A DNA stretch of 64,000 bases from an uncultured Staphylococcaceae bacterium (GTDB lineage: Bacteria > Bacillota_I > Bacilli_A > RFN20 > CAG-826), in contig CAZCCJ010000005.1 of the NCBI GenBank assembly GCA_964497235.1, forward strand, positions 371-64,370, in the 5' to 3' direction. The position numbers and the translations under genes were made by a program. Under the pieces are notes generated by a model. That model was not told where the DNA came from. It was given only the letters and a program-made list of their open reading frames with translations, and ran no database searches. This document shows positions 62,668 to 64,000 of the stretch, in pieces (the first letter of the stretch is position 1; every line of letters starts with the position of its first letter).

Positions 62668-63387
62668 TTAATCCTGGTGAAGCGAGGCTTCCCCAGAAGT
62701 AATCGTGATTGTCTCCCCATCGTCTTTCTTTAACGACAAGGATCCGTCTTTTGCTATCCCAGCGGCTACTCCGGTTATGTTTTCGCCATAATAGTTAAGG
62801 GTGATCGTTTTGCCGTATAGATAGTCTTTTTTCCTCGCTATCGTGAGGTATTTCTCCCCACCGGCGAGATAATCTTCCAGCGTTTCGTCGAATTCCTTTA
62901 AGAAGGATTCCGTGATTTCGTCGAGATCGAATTCCTTCTTCGTTTCCATCCTTAGGGAAGTGGCTAAGGGAAGAGAAGAAGGGAAAGAGGTCTGATTGAC
63001 GTTTATTCCGATTCCTATCACGATGGCTTCTTGCTTTTCCTTATAAACGCCTTCAAGCAATATGCCAGCGCATTTTTTGTTGTTTAGATAAACGTCATTG
63101 GGCCATTTGAGATACGCGTCGATGCCTTTTTTCGCTAAAGCCGCAATAAGAGAAGCGGCGGCGATCAAGGGTAAAACGGAACGCGCTTTCTCGTATTTGT
63201 CTCCTTTTAGCAAAATGCTAAATGGCAGCATTCCTTCGCTAGATAGCCAACTTCTCCCTCTTCTTCCTTTGCCGGAAAGCTGAGAGAAGGCGATGACGAC
63301 GGTTCCATCTTCGAGGCTGTCGTAGTTCTCTAAGAGATAGTCGTTAGTGCTATTTATTTCTTCGAAGCGAAGGAAAGAGTGAGTCAT
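62668..63387 (-). CDS. birA: Biotin--[acetyl-CoA-carboxylase] ligase (class I, no HTH)
   Basis: [12 protein letters not shown] biotin-binding loop. 239 aa. Confidence 0.85.
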   Translation of the reverse strand: MTHSFLRFEEINSTNDYLLENYDSLEDGTVVIAFSQLSGKGRRGRSWLSSEGMLPFSILLKGDKYEKARSVLPLIAAASLIAALAKKGIDAYLKWPNDVYLNNKKCAGILLEGVYKEKQEAIVIGIGINVNQTSFPSSLPLATSLRMETKKEFDLDEITESFLKEFDETLEDYLAGGEKYLTIARKKDYLYGKTITLNYYGENITGVAAGIAKDGSLSLKKDDGETITITSGEASLHQD

Positions 63388-63388
63388 A

Positions 63389-64000
63389 TTAAGCCCCGAC
63401 TTGCAAAAGCATTATGAGAAGCCCGGCCGCGACGGCGCTTCCGATGACGCCGGCGACATTAGGCCCCATGGCGTGCATGAGCAAGAAGTTCGACGGGTCT
63501 TCTCTGACGCCTTCTTTCTGAACGACGCGGGCGGCCATCGGGACGGCGCTTACGCCAGCGGCTCCGATCATCGGGTTGATCTTGCCATGGGTAAGCCAGC
63601 ACATAAGCTTTCCGATCAGGACGCCACCGGCCGTCGCCAAGACGAAGGCGGCGATTCCCAAAGCGAATATCTTGAGGGTGCTTAGTGTCAAGAAGGTCTC
63701 GGCGGTGGCGGTCGCGCCAACGCATAAACCTAAGAGGATGGTGACTGTGTATAACAGAGCGTTTGAGGCGTTTTCCACGAGTTTTGGGACGACACCGGAT
63801 TCCTTGATCAAGTTGCCGAACATCAAGCAGCCGATAAGCGGCGCCGCGCTAGGAACCAAAAGGGTGACGATGATGGTAACGGCGATTGGGAAGATGATTT
63901 TCTTGGTCTTGCTGACCGGCTTAAGCTCCTCCATATGGATTCTTCTTTCCTTTTTGGTGGTAAGAAGCCTGATCACAGGAGGTTGGATAAACGGAACCAA
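63389..64000 (-). CDS. Na+-translocating decarboxylase beta subunit (OadB/GcdB/MmdB family), 3' part; the gene continues beyond the right edge
   Basis: INPMIGAAGVSAVPMAARV...NFLLMHAMGPNVAGVIGSAVAAG is the conserved C-terminal core of the family. The ORF is open to nt 64000. Confidence 0.85.
   Translation of the reverse strand: MVPFIQPPVIRLLTTKKERRIHMEELKPVSKTKKIIFPIAVTIIVTLLVPSAAPLIGCLMFGNLIKESGVVPKLVENASNALLYTVTILLGLCVGATATAETFLTLSTLKIFALGIAAFVLATAGGVLIGKLMCWLTHGKINPMIGAAGVSAVPMAARVVQKEGVREDPSNFLLMHAMGPNVAGVIGSAVAAGLLIMLLQVGA

Noticed and set aside
1-64000. Considered Mollicutes genetic code 4 (TGA read as Trp), because of the lipoprotein-rich, wall-less-like gene content.
   Set aside because: Several confidently identified genes terminate at TGA at the expected protein length (purA, pepF, both AAA ATPases, the 21133 gene). 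No conserved protein requires read-through of an in-frame TGA.

Overview
This is a 64-kb chromosomal window from a single-membrane (monoderm), lipoprotein-rich Bacillota or Mollicutes-like anaerobe. It uses the standard genetic code: several confident genes end in TGA. Hand-sampled GC content is in the 40s %.

Housekeeping content:
- a heterodimeric ABC exporter and a heavy-metal-associated (HMA) domain gene;
- feoA-feoA-feoB with a divergent DtxR-family regulator;
- purA-purB and pepF;
- four tRNAs (Arg-UCG, Met/Ile2-CAU, Ile-UAU, Ser-UGA);
- single-chain L-serine dehydratase;
- a DAG-kinase-family lipid kinase plus plsC;
- pckA, birA, and the 3' part of a Na+-translocating decarboxylase beta subunit.

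More than half of the window is accessory. It holds two paralogous AraC-associated glycan-capture loci: locus A at about 12.6-33.2 kb and locus B at about 41.5-55.9 kb. Each combines an LplABC-type sugar ABC importer with a tightly packed operon of very large signal-peptide or lipobox proteins. These proteins are built from Ig-like arrays, Big_2 domains, InlB-B / Listeria-Bacteroides repeats, GLUG-like modules and a DUF4838-like putative hydrolase. Locus A adds cytoplasmic GH130, GH3 and a metallo-beta-lactamase (MBL) fold enzyme.

Most unusual observations:
1. The same three-gene surface cassette (giant Ig-array protein, then DUF4838-like lipoprotein, then Big_2 lipoprotein) occurs twice. No function is assigned to it.
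2. The last surface-protein gene of locus B is a compositional mosaic. About 1 kb of roughly 70 % GC DNA encodes its N-terminal half, fused in frame to a host-like C-terminal module.
3. An AAA ATPase / PD-(D/E)XK-type gene beside a tRNA is bracketed by two 37-bp near-identical direct repeats. A second such ATPase sits behind a 23-bp tandem repeat array.
4. There is a perfectly folded tRNA-Ile with a UAU anticodon.
5. cre-like boxes and a shared 20-bp box lie upstream of the surface and transport operons.

No rRNA, CRISPR array, transposase, integrase or recognisable defence system was seen.
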